DNA from: Okeania sp. SIO2F5
GTDB taxonomy: Bacteria; Cyanobacteriota; Cyanobacteriia; Cyanobacteriales; Microcoleaceae
DNA: 64,000 nucleotides
Assembly (NCBI RefSeq): GCF_010692685.1
Contig: NZ_JAAHGU010000008.1
Span: 105,619 to 169,618, forward strand
Reading direction: 5' to 3'
The first letter of the stretch is position 1. Every line of letters begins with the position of its first letter. The notes below the pieces were generated by a model, which made no database searches, was not told the DNA's origin, and saw only the letters and a program-made list of their open reading frames with translations. Shown piece by piece: positions 1 to 10,522 of the stretch. Both the position numbers and the translations under genes were made by a program.

Positions 1-308
1 TCGATTGGATATGGCTCCGAGACCCGAAGAGTGACAGAGCCGCTCCGAAGATCGCCATCCCACCCTACGGGAAGCTCCGAAGATCGACCGCTGTCTTGGT
101 TGATTGGATATGGCGAGGGGACCTCGCCATCCCTCAACCGCTTTTTTTCCCCTTGAAAGGGGAGGCTTTTAACCAGAATTATTTAATTAATAATTATAAT
201 AATTATTAATTATTAATTATTAATTATTCGGTAAGAGGAAAGATTCCAGAAGGGAAGGGCTTTGTCATTTATTTGAGTTGGTAAATTTTCTGAGGTAGTT
301 AACAAAGT

Positions 309-577
309 CACCAAGTCAGTAGGGGTGGTTTCTGTTCCGGAATACTTTCAGTCCGCAAATGCAAAGCAGAACCTAAATGTGTAATTAGGAGCAAGACAAA
401 CACCAAATCACCAAGTCAGTAGGGGTGGTTTCTGTTCCGGAATACTTTCAGTCCGCAAATGCAAAGCAGAACCAAATCACCAAGTCAGTAGGGGTGGTTT
501 CTGTTCCGGAATACTTTCAGTTCGCAAATGCAAAGTAGAACCTAAACGCGTAATTAGGAGCAAGACAAACACCAAAT
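309..577. repeat. Three tandem direct repeats of a 65-bp core (caccaagtcagtaggggtggtttctgttccggaatactttcagtccgcaaatgcaaagcagaacc). Copies 1 and 3 carry an extra ~35-bp tail.
   Basis: Near-identical copies are directly visible starting at about 309, 409 and 478. Each contains TCCGGA. Confidence 0.8.
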
Positions 578-723
578 CACCCGCACAGAAGTTGTTTTTG
601 TCACGGGTTCCCTTGCAGATATATCCTCTAAAGGACTGTGCTACCAGGTGCGTCTGTAACACTCCGCGGGGTCGCACCGCTGTTCCCTGTATCGTGACTT
701 TAGCAATATTTTATCTTTTCTTT

Positions 724-817
724 TGCGGGTTTAATACCCCACCGTCAGTTGCAGTGCTTAAAATTGCTTGGGGTTATAAGACACGAAGTGGCTTGTCGTT
801 GACTATCCATAAGCAAT
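724..817. mobile_element. MITE-like dispersed repeat, family 1 (tgcgggtttaataccccaccgtca ... gtcgttgactatccataagcaat).
   Basis: The same element recurs at 18748-18976 and 51903-51984, with partial copies at 9700-9760 and 25958-26026. Its ends contain the inverted segment gggtttaatacccc / ggggtattaaaccc. Confidence 0.7.
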
Positions 818-825
818 TTTCCCCT

Positions 826-922
826 CAGTGCAAGATGGCAGAAATAACTAACCAGTTACAAAATCCTAAAAGCCTTACCAATCAATACTTTTGACTTTTG
901 ACTTGCGCGTAGCGGCACTTAG
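826..922. mobile_element. MITE-like dispersed repeat, family 2 (ctagtgcMg...ccgcgtagcggcactag terminal inverted repeats, ~100-125 bp).
   Basis: Copies with the same terminal inverted repeats are at 14697-14822, 16191-16301, 20538-20641 and 27672-27770. This copy abuts a family-1 copy. Confidence 0.75.
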
Positions 923-1234
923 CTCCCGCAGCTCCCGCTGCCTTCTGCCTTGTTCAAGCAATTGGTATAAAAATTAGTATGTTATTAGTATGACTATTAC
1001 TGTACTTGAAAAGCATACCAAAATATAAAGAAAATATTACGATTTTCCAAATTTACTAAAGCTGTATGAAATAATTGAATCTAATAAATATTAAATTGAG
1101 GCAAGCAAATATAAAGGCCTTAAATATAAAATTCTGAAAACACCAATCTCTTGTTTATTAAGGGTTTGGTGTTTTCTAATTTTGAGGTAATTTCTAAGAA
1201 TCGAAGCAATCAAAAATTAGTTCAATATTTTTCG

Positions 1235-2344
1235 ATGACAACAATAGTAATTAAAATAGGCACTTCCAGTCTGACTCGTTCTGAATCGGGAAATTTGGCC
1301 TTATCCACAATTGCTAGCTTGATCGAGACTATTGCCAATCTACGTTCTCAGGGACATCGAGTAGTTTTAGTTTCTTCTGGAGCAGTTGGTGTAGGTTGCG
1401 ATCGCTTAGGACTAAGTGAAAAACCTCGTAATATTTCCATCAAGCAAGCAGTAGCAGCAGTGGGTCAAGGAAGACTAATGCGAGTTTACGAAGATTTGTT
1501 TACATCTTTGCGACAAACAATGGCCCAAATATTACTGACTAGGAGCGAGCTTGCACGACGTAGTAGTTACGTCAATGCTTACAATACATTTCAACAATTG
1601 TTACGAATGGATGTAGTCCCAATTGTGAATGAAAATGACACTACTGCTGTGGAAGAACTGAAATTCGGGGACAACGATACTCTATCAGCTTTAGTTGCTG
1701 GTCTAGTAGAAGCTGATTGGTTATTTATATTAACCGACGTTGACAAGTTATATTCTGCGGACCCTAGAAATAATCCAGATGCTTTACCCATTACCTTAGT
1801 AGAGCGAATAGAACAACTCGAAGAATTTCAAGTTCAAACTGGAGATTCTGTTAGTGGACGGGGAACTGGTGGAATGATTACGAAAATTGAAGCTGCCAAA
1901 ATTGCCACAGCAGCGGGAGTGCGAACCGTTATTACTGATGGCCAAATTCCTGCCAATATACAAAAAATCCTAAATGGAGAATCTATTGGGACTCAGTTTG
2001 AACCTCAACCACAACCAGTAAATGCCCGCAAACATTGGATTGCCAATATTTTAGTACCTTCGGGTAAGCTGTATCTGGACATGGGTGCAGTTCAAGCAAT
2101 TTCTGAATCTGGTAAATCTCTATTAGCTGCTGGTATTACTCAAGTAGAAGGAGAGTTTTATCCATCGGATGCTGTAGAACTGTGCAATGAAGAAGGTGGG
2201 GAAATAGCTAGGGGACTTGTGAACTACAGCAGTACTGAATTGCAACAAATTCTGGGTTGTCGTTCAGAAGATATACCTGATATTTTGGGCTATACAGGAT
2301 CTGACACAGTAGTACATAGAGATAACCTTGTAATTAAATGTTAA
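1235..2344 (+). CDS. proB: Glutamate 5-kinase with C-terminal PUA domain.
   Basis: Amino acid kinase motifs ([21 protein letters not shown]) and a PUA-like C-terminus. The start was moved to the ATG at 1235 (MTTIVIKIG...), giving 369 aa. The upstream extension in the ORF track lies in repeat DNA. Confidence 0.85.
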   Translation: MTTIVIKIGTSSLTRSESGNLALSTIASLIETIANLRSQGHRVVLVSSGAVGVGCDRLGLSEKPRNISIKQAVAAVGQGRLMRVYEDLFTSLRQTMAQILLTRSELARRSSYVNAYNTFQQLLRMDVVPIVNENDTTAVEELKFGDNDTLSALVAGLVEADWLFILTDVDKLYSADPRNNPDALPITLVERIEQLEEFQVQTGDSVSGRGTGGMITKIEAAKIATAAGVRTVITDGQIPANIQKILNGESIGTQFEPQPQPVNARKHWIANILVPSGKLYLDMGAVQAISESGKSLLAAGITQVEGEFYPSDAVELCNEEGGEIARGLVNYSSTELQQILGCRSEDIPDILGYTGSDTVVHRDNLVIKC

Positions 2345-2762
2345 CAGCCTTCTCCTGACGGAGACGCTGCGCGAACGACTGGAAGTCAGTCCTCAAGAAG
2401 ACCGAGTCAGTAGAATTTTTTGGCTTTGCTCATCGGATGGAAGCCTTATGGGGTATAGAACCCATTTGATAGCTATATAATTATGGTAGTCAAGTATTTT
2501 CGCACATCAATTTTGAGGAAAAATCTGAAGAAGGAGTGTTGAATTTTTTGTATTATTTCTCCCCACATCTTCCCTCTTACCGAATAATTAAGGTAAAAAT
2601 CCTCTCCTTTAAAGGAGAAACAAGCGGTCGTTAGCGGAGCTTCCCGAAGGGTGGGATGGCGAGGATATCGCCATATCCAATCGACCAAAAGAGAAAAAAT
2701 TTTCCTTTGAGTCAATCCTATCGGTTTTCAATAATAATTAATAATTAATTATTAATTATTAA

Positions 2763-2958
2763 TTAGGGCTGGCTGAATAAATCTCAAAGCATTTACAGGT
2801 AAAGGTTTTAGATTTTTTAGGTCTTGAAAAAGTACCTGGTTTTCAGCTCTTCATGCTCAAAAAGGAGCGTATTTTGGGCGAGAGTTGGGCAAAAAAATTC
2901 TCCCCTACTCCCCTACTCCCCTACTCCGGAAAAAAGACTTTTTCAGCAAACCCTAATT
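2763..2958. mobile_element. MITE-like dispersed repeat, family 3 (ends ttagggYtggctgaa ... ttcagcaaaccctaatta, 200-270 bp).
   Basis: Copies are at 21281-21544 and 47294-47555, with a partial inverted copy at 13426-13600. This copy carries a (CCCCTACT)n STRR in place of the GC-rich palindromic core. It is inserted next to a (TAATTAT)n microsatellite. Confidence 0.75.
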
Positions 2959-2993
2959 ATTGAACTCCTGTCTTCTGTCTCCTGACTCCTTCT

Positions 2994-4121
2994 TCAAATC
3001 ATTGTTTCTGGTGGAGCAACATCAGAACCAACAACTACACTACCTTTAGTAGATTTTAATCCTGGTGTTTGAGTAGTTTCTAAATGTTTATCTGAGTGAG
3101 CAACTGAATCAGGAGTGTCTAATTTATCTGGAGTGAGATTTGCTCCTGGACTTGGTTGTTGAGACATCCAACTTAGTCCACCTACTGCGCCGGCCATTAA
3201 AGCTGTATAACCTATATATAGATGAATGGGACCTATACCTAATCCAATGTCCTTATTGGAGTTAGACCAAGATGGTATTAAGCTTTGAAGTGGATCGGAC
3301 ATAGGTAAAGCTTCTGCTAAAGCTACTCCATCAAATCCTAAAGCGTTACCTATACGAAAGATGAATCCTCGAAGATATATATCTTCTGGTAGTTCATCTG
3401 TTTGGCCTTTTTCTATAGCTTCTAGATAATGAAGGGGTACGAAGGTTTGTTTATGAATTTGTTTCATAGATAAACAACGCATTTTTCGTGCTTTTTGTAG
3501 TTTTTCCCCTAGTTGCTGTAGGTATGTATTTTTTTCTTCAACTAATAAGGCTGCTTTTTCTGCTTTTGTAAGTTTTTTTCTCCGTTTTCGTCGATTATTT
3601 TCTAGTGGTAACTCTTCTGAGGAGTTTTGGTTATTTTCTGGGAGATGAGTTTCCATATTGTTGGAATCTATGGAGACTAAGGCTGATTCAGTAGTAATTT
3701 CTGATTCTACAGTAGTAGTTAGGTTAGTACTCATGTGTGTTTGAGGTTTATTTTGATGATTTTGGATTAACTGTTCCTGATTCATTTGTTGGTAATTAAT
3801 ACTTTTTTTCTGCTCATTCATATTTTGAGAATGAGAGTAAATTGGGTCTGCTGAAGATGCTTTTTTTTCTGGTATTAATGTTATAGTCAAGTTTTTTAGG
3901 CTAAGTTTTATTGCTTCTAGTCCTAAGACTTTGATTTGAGTTTCGGTGTGAGATACTGCTTCTTCGAGAGAAGTTTTTATGTCAGTCAACATTAGACTAT
4001 AAACTTTGCTAGTATCGGTTTCAGCTTCAATATTACTCAGTAGCGATCGCCAATCATCTTGACAAATTTCTATAGGAATATGACCAGAAAAACTATAGCC
4101 AGATGTAGGTTTTAATTCCAT
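2994..4121 (-). CDS. Helix-turn-helix domain membrane protein (RodZ-like architecture).
   Basis: Central XRE-type HTH (MKQIHKQTFVPLHYLEAIEKGQ...YLRGFIFRIGNALG). A single transmembrane segment lies near the C-terminus. There is an N-terminal low-complexity extension. Confidence 0.5.
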   Translation of the reverse strand: MELKPTSGYSFSGHIPIEICQDDWRSLLSNIEAETDTSKVYSLMLTDIKTSLEEAVSHTETQIKVLGLEAIKLSLKNLTITLIPEKKASSADPIYSHSQNMNEQKKSINYQQMNQEQLIQNHQNKPQTHMSTNLTTTVESEITTESALVSIDSNNMETHLPENNQNSSEELPLENNRRKRRKKLTKAEKAALLVEEKNTYLQQLGEKLQKARKMRCLSMKQIHKQTFVPLHYLEAIEKGQTDELPEDIYLRGFIFRIGNALGFDGVALAEALPMSDPLQSLIPSWSNSNKDIGLGIGPIHLYIGYTALMAGAVGGLSWMSQQPSPGANLTPDKLDTPDSVAHSDKHLETTQTPGLKSTKGSVVVGSDVAPPETMI

Positions 4122-4710
4122 CTTGGGGTTTGAGTTTTATATATTAATAGGAGTAATCTAAGTAATTTATTCTGGAATTTTGTGTTGATTCCGGATATAA
4201 AAAGTGCCAAGATTTAATTTTTGTTTTTTATACAAGTTTCCAAATATTTCAGTTTTTTTACTGGGAAATTTTTCTAACGAGTAACCTTTAATTTATCTAT
4301 TGCGAAATAGTTTTTGCAATTTAAATTTAATAAGGTCATTAATTTTATGTAAATTTTATAGATAGATTAATTACCTACAAATTAATAATCCAGTTAAAGT
4401 ATCAATAGAAAGTGCAATTCTACAAAACCATAACTGAATATACAATTTTTTTTCTCAAATAATTCTTGAATATAGTTTATAGGAGTTTTCAAACAGATAG
4501 GCTACAGTAGCCAAAGCATTCTCCTACTGCCTACTCCCTGGTTTCTCTCTTGGTAAGCATTCCCTTACCTCTACTTCTTCCAGTGTTAAATGCCTCTTAT
4601 GGATCAGCTAAAGCTAACGGCGATGCGGGGTCGCATCGCTACTCCCATGCCCCAAAATAATTTTGTAGTCTACTTAAATGAATTGCGCTGTAAAAACGCA
4701 ATTTTACTGA

Positions 4711-5262
4711 CTACTTATAAACCCGATCTAGTAAAAATAGTCCTACGACAATTCCGATAAAATGAGCCACAATAATGTGAGTATTACCCAACAGTATAAT
4801 AATATCCGGTGTAAATTTTTCTAGTTCTGTAGAGTTAAACATAGACGCTCCCATAACTAAAGATTCGCCTAATAAAATACCTCCAATTGCTTCTGCTCCT
4901 AATAAAGTTAGAGTAATCCCAACCAAGTTCGTAATTAAAGTCCTTTTCACTTGTTGAGTTGTATCTGCCCTGCTTGGCCTTGAAGAATCTGTAGGCGCTC
5001 GTAATTTCCTTGCCAAGCGAGTGTAACGAAATGACAAGAAGATGCTGAATCCTAGTACCACAAGTCCACAAATTGGAAAAAAGAGGCTACCTCCCGCACC
5101 TGCTTCATCCATTTGATTGGGTAAGATGAAAGCAGCAAATAAAAACATGAAGCCTGAAATTACCCCCAATGCAAGTTGGGACCAGAAACAAGTCCATCCG
5201 CCGAACCGGAGTGCATTAGCTACTTGTTTAACAGCAGTTGGTAGGTCTGATAAGTTTGACAT
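4711..5262 (-). CDS. Hypothetical integral membrane protein (cyanobacterial DUF3611-like).
   Basis: Four predicted hydrophobic helices. No catalytic motifs. Family assignment is from memory only. Confidence 0.4.
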   Translation of the reverse strand: MSNLSDLPTAVKQVANALRFGGWTCFWSQLALGVISGFMFLFAAFILPNQMDEAGAGGSLFFPICGLVVLGFSIFLSFRYTRLARKLRAPTDSSRPSRADTTQQVKRTLITNLVGITLTLLGAEAIGGILLGESLVMGASMFNSTELEKFTPDIIILLGNTHIIVAHFIGIVVGLFLLDRVYK

Positions 5263-5698
5263 ATTTATGCTTATGTATTGTCAATACTTTGATATACTCA
5301 CGACGTTGCCCTTGAGAGAAAATGCTATAGATGGTTTTTGTCTCTCTTGCACCGTTCTTGCCAGATTAATCTTGTTTGGTCTAAAGACGCCTTTCCCAGA
5401 TAACCCAAAACATTCTTGGAGTTTTATCAATAAGATACTGGCGCTGACAATATATAGACCTATGGCCTAAGTATATTTAAGACTGTAGCATTTATACTGA
5501 CATTTGAGCAATATGAAAAATATGGACTGATATTCCCATCAGATTCTTAATTAAGGATTACAGGGGGACTTCCTGGGGATATTGGAGCGAATTCTGGCAA
5601 TGTACTTGACTCTAGGTCAACTCCTTTTAAAATATATTTAAGAATTGTAAACAAACAACTCTATTTGTAAACGTTATTAAATTTGAGACCTACTGATT

Positions 5699-5869
5699 AT
5701 GACACAACCACAACCTACTACGAAACCGAATCTGGATGAACCAAAATTCGGTTTTAACCAATATTCAGAACGTCTGAATGGTAGAGCAGCTATGATTGGC
5801 TTTGTATTAACTCTGGCAATTGAATACTTGACTGGAGAAGGTTTACTATCTTGGTTAGGTCTCAATTAA
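5699..5869 (+). CDS. hli: High-light-inducible protein (one-helix CAB/ELIP/HLIP family), 56 aa.
   Basis: Translation is MTQPQPTTKPNLDEPKFGFNQYSERLNGRAAMIGFVLTLAIEYLTGEGLLSWLGLN, with the hallmark ERLNGRAAMIGF chlorophyll-binding helix. It is below the 60-aa cutoff of the ORF track. Confidence 0.8.
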   Translation: MTQPQPTTKPNLDEPKFGFNQYSERLNGRAAMIGFVLTLAIEYLTGEGLLSWLGLN

Positions 5870-6725
5870 AGTTTTAGCTATACCTAAATTATAGAGATCT
5901 ACTATATATAATAGGGATAGAGGTTAAACCAATACAAAAGTCTATCTATCATAATAAATGTTGAAAGAGATCGAGCCGTTATAATCGCAGTTATTTAACG
6001 GTGATACGGGGTCTATAAACTGCGCGGGAAACCTACGCAGACAGCCCCTCATAAATTTCAACCAGAAAAATAATTGAGCAATACGCGCGCACATTTTTGG
6101 CGTTATAATCCTATCAATAGCCATGGGACATATAGCTCGAGAAAAGCTCACCGCCTGCGCTCAGGTAATCTCAGGGTAAAGACGGAGCAAGAAAGCTTCT
6201 GGAGATGGTAGTGGAGGGGGTAAAACTCAGTTTATTTGATTTGTTACCTAGTTAAGAATCTAAGATACAAGAATCTCACGTTATAATCGCACTGATTTAA
6301 CGGTGAGAGTGTCAAAATAAAGATATGGTAAAGTCATATTGTTGGTAAGCCTAATATTGTCAACAACTTACCAACAATCTCTATCTAGTTTGCAATTATA
6401 CTGCATTAATCTAGACTATTCCTAGACTATTCCTAGAGTGAGAATTAGTTTTATGTAGCAATTAATCCACTATTCACCTTGGCAATCTCAATATATGAAT
6501 TGTAATTTTGGCGAAATACCAGGTTATTATAATTTTGTATTAATTGCTCAATATTGAATATTTAAGAAAAAATCAAAACTAATTTACTGATTTAAAGTTT
6601 AATACGGCAGTATAGTTAGTTATACATATCTATAAGAGGATAAAGGGAATTTATTAAATAATTAGCTAAATTCCTTGAAATTCAAGAAACTTACGAGTAA
6701 ATTTAAGTTGTATCAAATTAAGCTT

Positions 6726-7019
6726 ATGATCGACGCTTTATGGCCAAAAATCTTAAAAACTGCTTATCGAAAAGATCCTGTAGCAAGCTTTTTTGTAACA
6801 GTAGGATCGGTTGATGCTGTTATTGGTGGTTTAGGGACAAGTTGGTCTTTATTTAGTTTTGGCATAGGTACAGTAGGACTAGCAATTATATTACGTTTCT
6901 GGTTATTAAAGCGTTCTCAGATAGATCGAGCTACTCCTGTTCCAGAATATTATTTGCCTCCTAATTCTTCTCGTCCACAACTACCAATTCTAAGTAGAAA
7001 TAAAAAGCATCTTCCTTAA
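6726..7019 (+). CDS. Hypothetical small membrane protein.
   Basis: The ORF has one or two hydrophobic helices. The start at the internal ATG is uncertain. Confidence 0.3.
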   Translation: MIDALWPKILKTAYRKDPVASFFVTVGSVDAVIGGLGTSWSLFSFGIGTVGLAIILRFWLLKRSQIDRATPVPEYYLPPNSSRPQLPILSRNKKHLP

Positions 7020-7361
7020 ATTAAATAATCAGCCATACCCCCAAGCTCTGATAAAAATTAGTCAAGTTCCTAATATATTAAGTAGCTTTCTTGATTGGGG
7101 CTATCCCCTAATTAGAGATGGGAAGATTGAAGTGTAAATATAATGATAAACACATACTCTATAACCGGATTTTATATTAAGCCATTAATCCTAAAAAATA
7201 TATGTGGACAGTCTAAAGCCACAGCATAAGGTAAGACATTTTCTACAGTTCAAGAAGAAGTAAGGATAGTTAGAAGTTGAGAAAAAAGTTTTAGTCTCTG
7301 GAATGATTATAAGTACTAATCATGTATCAAGTTCGATCAAAGTTTTATAAAAAAATAAAAA

Positions 7362-7395
7362 ATGGGAACCAAGGTTCCCACTTTCCTGATTTTTG
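7362..7395 (-). terminator. Rho-independent terminator-like hairpin on the minus strand (gggaaccaaggttccc followed by a T-run).
   Basis: A perfect 7-bp GC-rich inverted repeat is followed by TTTTTTATTTTTTT on the minus strand, ~150 nt downstream of tRNA-Leu(CAA). Confidence 0.5.
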
Positions 7396-7548
7396 AGATT
7401 TTTTCTTAGTTGCTGTTGTTGCTTTTTGACTTGCCTTAACCTAACATTTCCTCCTCTGCCTTTAATATTTCTTCCCTGGTAACGAGGAGACTCCCATCTT
7501 TTCAACCTTTGTGCCATATCTTCAAATATAAACTCATTTTAGTATAAC

Positions 7549-7630
7549 TGGGCAGAGAGAGACTCGAACTCTCACGACCGAAGTCGCCACATTTTGAGTG
7601 TGGTGCGTCTACCAATTTCGCCACCCGCCC
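7549..7630 (-). tRNA. trnL-CAA: tRNA-Leu (anticodon CAA), type II with long variable arm.
   Basis: The reverse complement folds as a cloverleaf: acceptor GGGCGGG/…CTGCCC, anticodon loop CUCAAAA, T-arm GAGTTCGAGTCTC. Confidence 0.85.
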
Positions 7631-8481
7631 TTACTTTTACTATTATAATCACCTCTTGTCAAATTTTGCAAGATATCCTGATATTTTTGACTACTTGACC
7701 ATCTGTCAATTTCTCTAGCACGCAATACAGGTAATGGATGGGTTAGTTGAGCTGTTTGAAGTTGCCTTAAAACTTCACCCAGTTCCGTATTACTAAATTC
7801 TTTGTAAGCTCTTGCCTGAGCTAAAAAAGCATCAACATTAAGCTGAGCAGATATACTCGGAGAACCACCTGCCAACTTCATCAGAACTGATGCAACTACT
7901 TTTGGGTTTTGTGTTGCTAATAGAGCTGCGCGGTCGCAAGTAAATTCTGCATACCTGACCCATTCTAGTATTTGATTTTGTATGCTTTGAGCTACAATAC
8001 CACCCCATGTCGAAATTTGTCCAGCAGCCAGTACAATTAAATTACCTAAAGTAAGGTATACTCCATGTTCACACTTAAGATGTCCTAGTTCGTGACCTAA
8101 TACTGCTTGAATTTCTTCTAAATTCAGTAATTCTATCAAAGATGTATGAACAACAATGAAAGGTTGCTTACCTCGCATAGCAAATGTGTAAGCATTGGGA
8201 ACAGGATGTTGACGAACATATAATTGTGGTGGTTCTAAGTCTAGTGTTTGACAAGCATCTAAAAGTATTTTGTATAAATGTGGTAATTGATTCTCACCGA
8301 CTAATACACTAGATGCGATATTTTCCATGTAGAAAAATTGCTCTCCTAATGGTCCTAATAATTGCCTAACTAATAAATCTATGCCAGGTAGTTGTTTGAT
8401 AGTATTCGTTGCTTCTAAGTCTAATGGATGCCGAAAATTATCTGCTTTCAAGCCAATTAAGGGTATTGTTGCCAAAGACAT
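7609..8481 (-). CDS. M48-family zinc metallopeptidase (HtpX-like).
   Basis: HELGHLKCEHG zinc-binding motif. The last ~7 codons overlap the tRNA-Leu gene, so the true stop or C-terminus may differ. Confidence 0.7.
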   Translation of the reverse strand: MSLATIPLIGLKADNFRHPLDLEATNTIKQLPGIDLLVRQLLGPLGEQFFYMENIASSVLVGENQLPHLYKILLDACQTLDLEPPQLYVRQHPVPNAYTFAMRGKQPFIVVHTSLIELLNLEEIQAVLGHELGHLKCEHGVYLTLGNLIVLAAGQISTWGGIVAQSIQNQILEWVRYAEFTCDRAALLATQNPKVVASVLMKLAGGSPSISAQLNVDAFLAQARAYKEFSNTELGEVLRQLQTAQLTHPLPVLRAREIDRWSSSQKYQDILQNLTRGDYNSKSKGGWRNW

Positions 8482-9658
8482 ATTTTGTTAATAGTAACTA
8501 TAGTTACTGTGATTTTAGCACAATTTGAGAAAAATAATTTCTGTTTCAATGTTAAGGAAAGTTTTATTTTTTAGTTAGTTATTGTTATGTCGCACAAAAA
8601 AATTAACTAAATTTAGTTTAAGTTTGATATTAAGTAGAGCAAGCTAAAAAAAAGAGGTTACATTTTTAATCAAAAAAATACTCAAGGCAATGAATACCAA
8701 CTTTTGAGCTAATTTATAATTTGATACATAGGGCCCAAAATTTACCATTTTCTACTTAGAATGGTTTGGTGTAGTTCATTTATTCAAAAAGGATATTAAA
8801 AACTTTAAAAGCTTAAATATATACAGGATATTTCATAATCAATGAGGTACATGTGTGGCGGGAAATATGCCCGTACTTTATAGTTAATCTTTATTACCTC
8901 ATATACCACTGAATTTTCTGTATGTATTTAAAAGTAACTACTTTCACTATCAAGTAGATAAATTTAATGTTAATATAAGTTAATAACTTGATGATTAAAA
9001 TCTAGAGAAAAAATGTCTACATGATTAAATATATGTATTCATTGCGACGGGAAATCATTTAAAAACGCTTGTTTTTTTAGTAAGTAAATTTCATCAACAG
9101 AAAGGTAAAACAAATCACTAGATATTCTAGAGTTATACCAACTTTATAAATGTTTGCTACAAATAGCTAGGAGATTTTTTAGGAATCAGAATGAAAAGCT
9201 TAGATACCATTTCCATTTTTGAGTTCATAACTTATCTTTTTGGCGTTGCTGAATCAAGGGATGAATCTTTTTTGAACAGGTAAATCTCATCCTTAATACT
9301 TCATACTTCCTTTTTGTCCAAGCATACAATTATCCCACAAATATGCAACGCTTCTTTTTAGTCAAAGGAACATCTCCTATAAAACTAATGGCTATTCGTC
9401 CTTACTACCCTTATTTTTTTTAAAATACTTTTTTCAAATTAGTATTAGATACCATTAAAAAATGGTGGCAAATTATGGAATTATATTGCCAAAAATTAGT
9501 TTAGACTTTGACTAAAAAAACTAATATTAATCATTACAGCAATTTTCAAATTCAAAATCTTGTTCATCAAAAATCTAAAATTATTCCTCACTGTGCAATA
9601 CCATTAGACCTCTGCAGAATAGAGGTATTAGGGAGTAGGAAGTAGGGGGAATTGAAGA

Positions 9659-9692
<34 letters not shown>

Positions 9693-10522
9693 AAAATTAC
9701 ATGGGGATTCTCACCCCAAGTAATTTTGAACACCGTGTAGACGGTGGGGTATTAAACCCACAAAGAAAATGATAATTGATATATCTAGTGCGATAATTAA
9801 TTTTATTTTTTATGATTGGAGATGTCTATTAAAAAAGTAATTATAATGTACTTTATCGAAAGATAAATTCGAGCAGATCATTCTATCTAAGATAAGTTAA
9901 GTTATCAGAAGTGAAGTATTGATATTGAGTGCTGAAGTTTGCCAGCACTAGGTAACTATTGAAAAAATTCTACAGATTTCTACATTTATAACAAAAATTG
10001 GTATTTCTAATACCAGTTTTATATGAGGTTGCATAGAATGATGAAATTCATTAAATATATCTATCTTTATCTAGGCTTACCTGCGGTCAATTCTGCTTGA
10101 AATATTATTCTATGCAGCTTCATTTAAATTTGGTATAAAGTAGTTGAAATTGGTTATTTATTGAAGCAATGATACTGCATTTCATCTCGCGCAGTTAGAC
10201 CCAGACTTAATAAAGCTATTTATTATATGTACCTTGATACAAAAATATATTGATATGTGAAAAATAATCGACTATACTCTAAAAAATTGGAGAATAACAT
10301 TAGAGCTATCTAGTAATGCATTGACAACTACAACACACCCTTATTTTTTGAGGACGACCAAAAGAAATAAACTACCTAATAGTCTATTTTGTCAGTTTCA
10401 ATAAGATTATAAATTGTCACAATCAATTATTTTTCATAATTTGATAATGTACTTAACCCATCAAAATTAATTAAACAGACCATTAGTTTAAAGCTATTTC
10501 TTGTATGAAAAATTAAATCAAC

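Noticed and set aside
477-894. ORFs 477-677 (-) and 592-894 (+)
   Set aside because: They lie entirely within the tandem 65/100-bp repeats and the MITE1/MITE2 copies. The translations are low-complexity repeat artefacts.
1591-1791. 66-aa ORF antisense inside proB. Similar antisense ORFs at 17621-17872, 37306-37551, 41664-41930, 43835-44032, 45281-45529, 46037-46237, 52472-52693 and 35175-35363
   Set aside because: All are short antisense ORFs within confidently assigned genes.
5942-6151. 69-aa ORF (-) in the hli downstream region
   Set aside because: It overlaps the 33-nt repeats and hairpin-rich segment and has odd composition. It is more likely non-coding.
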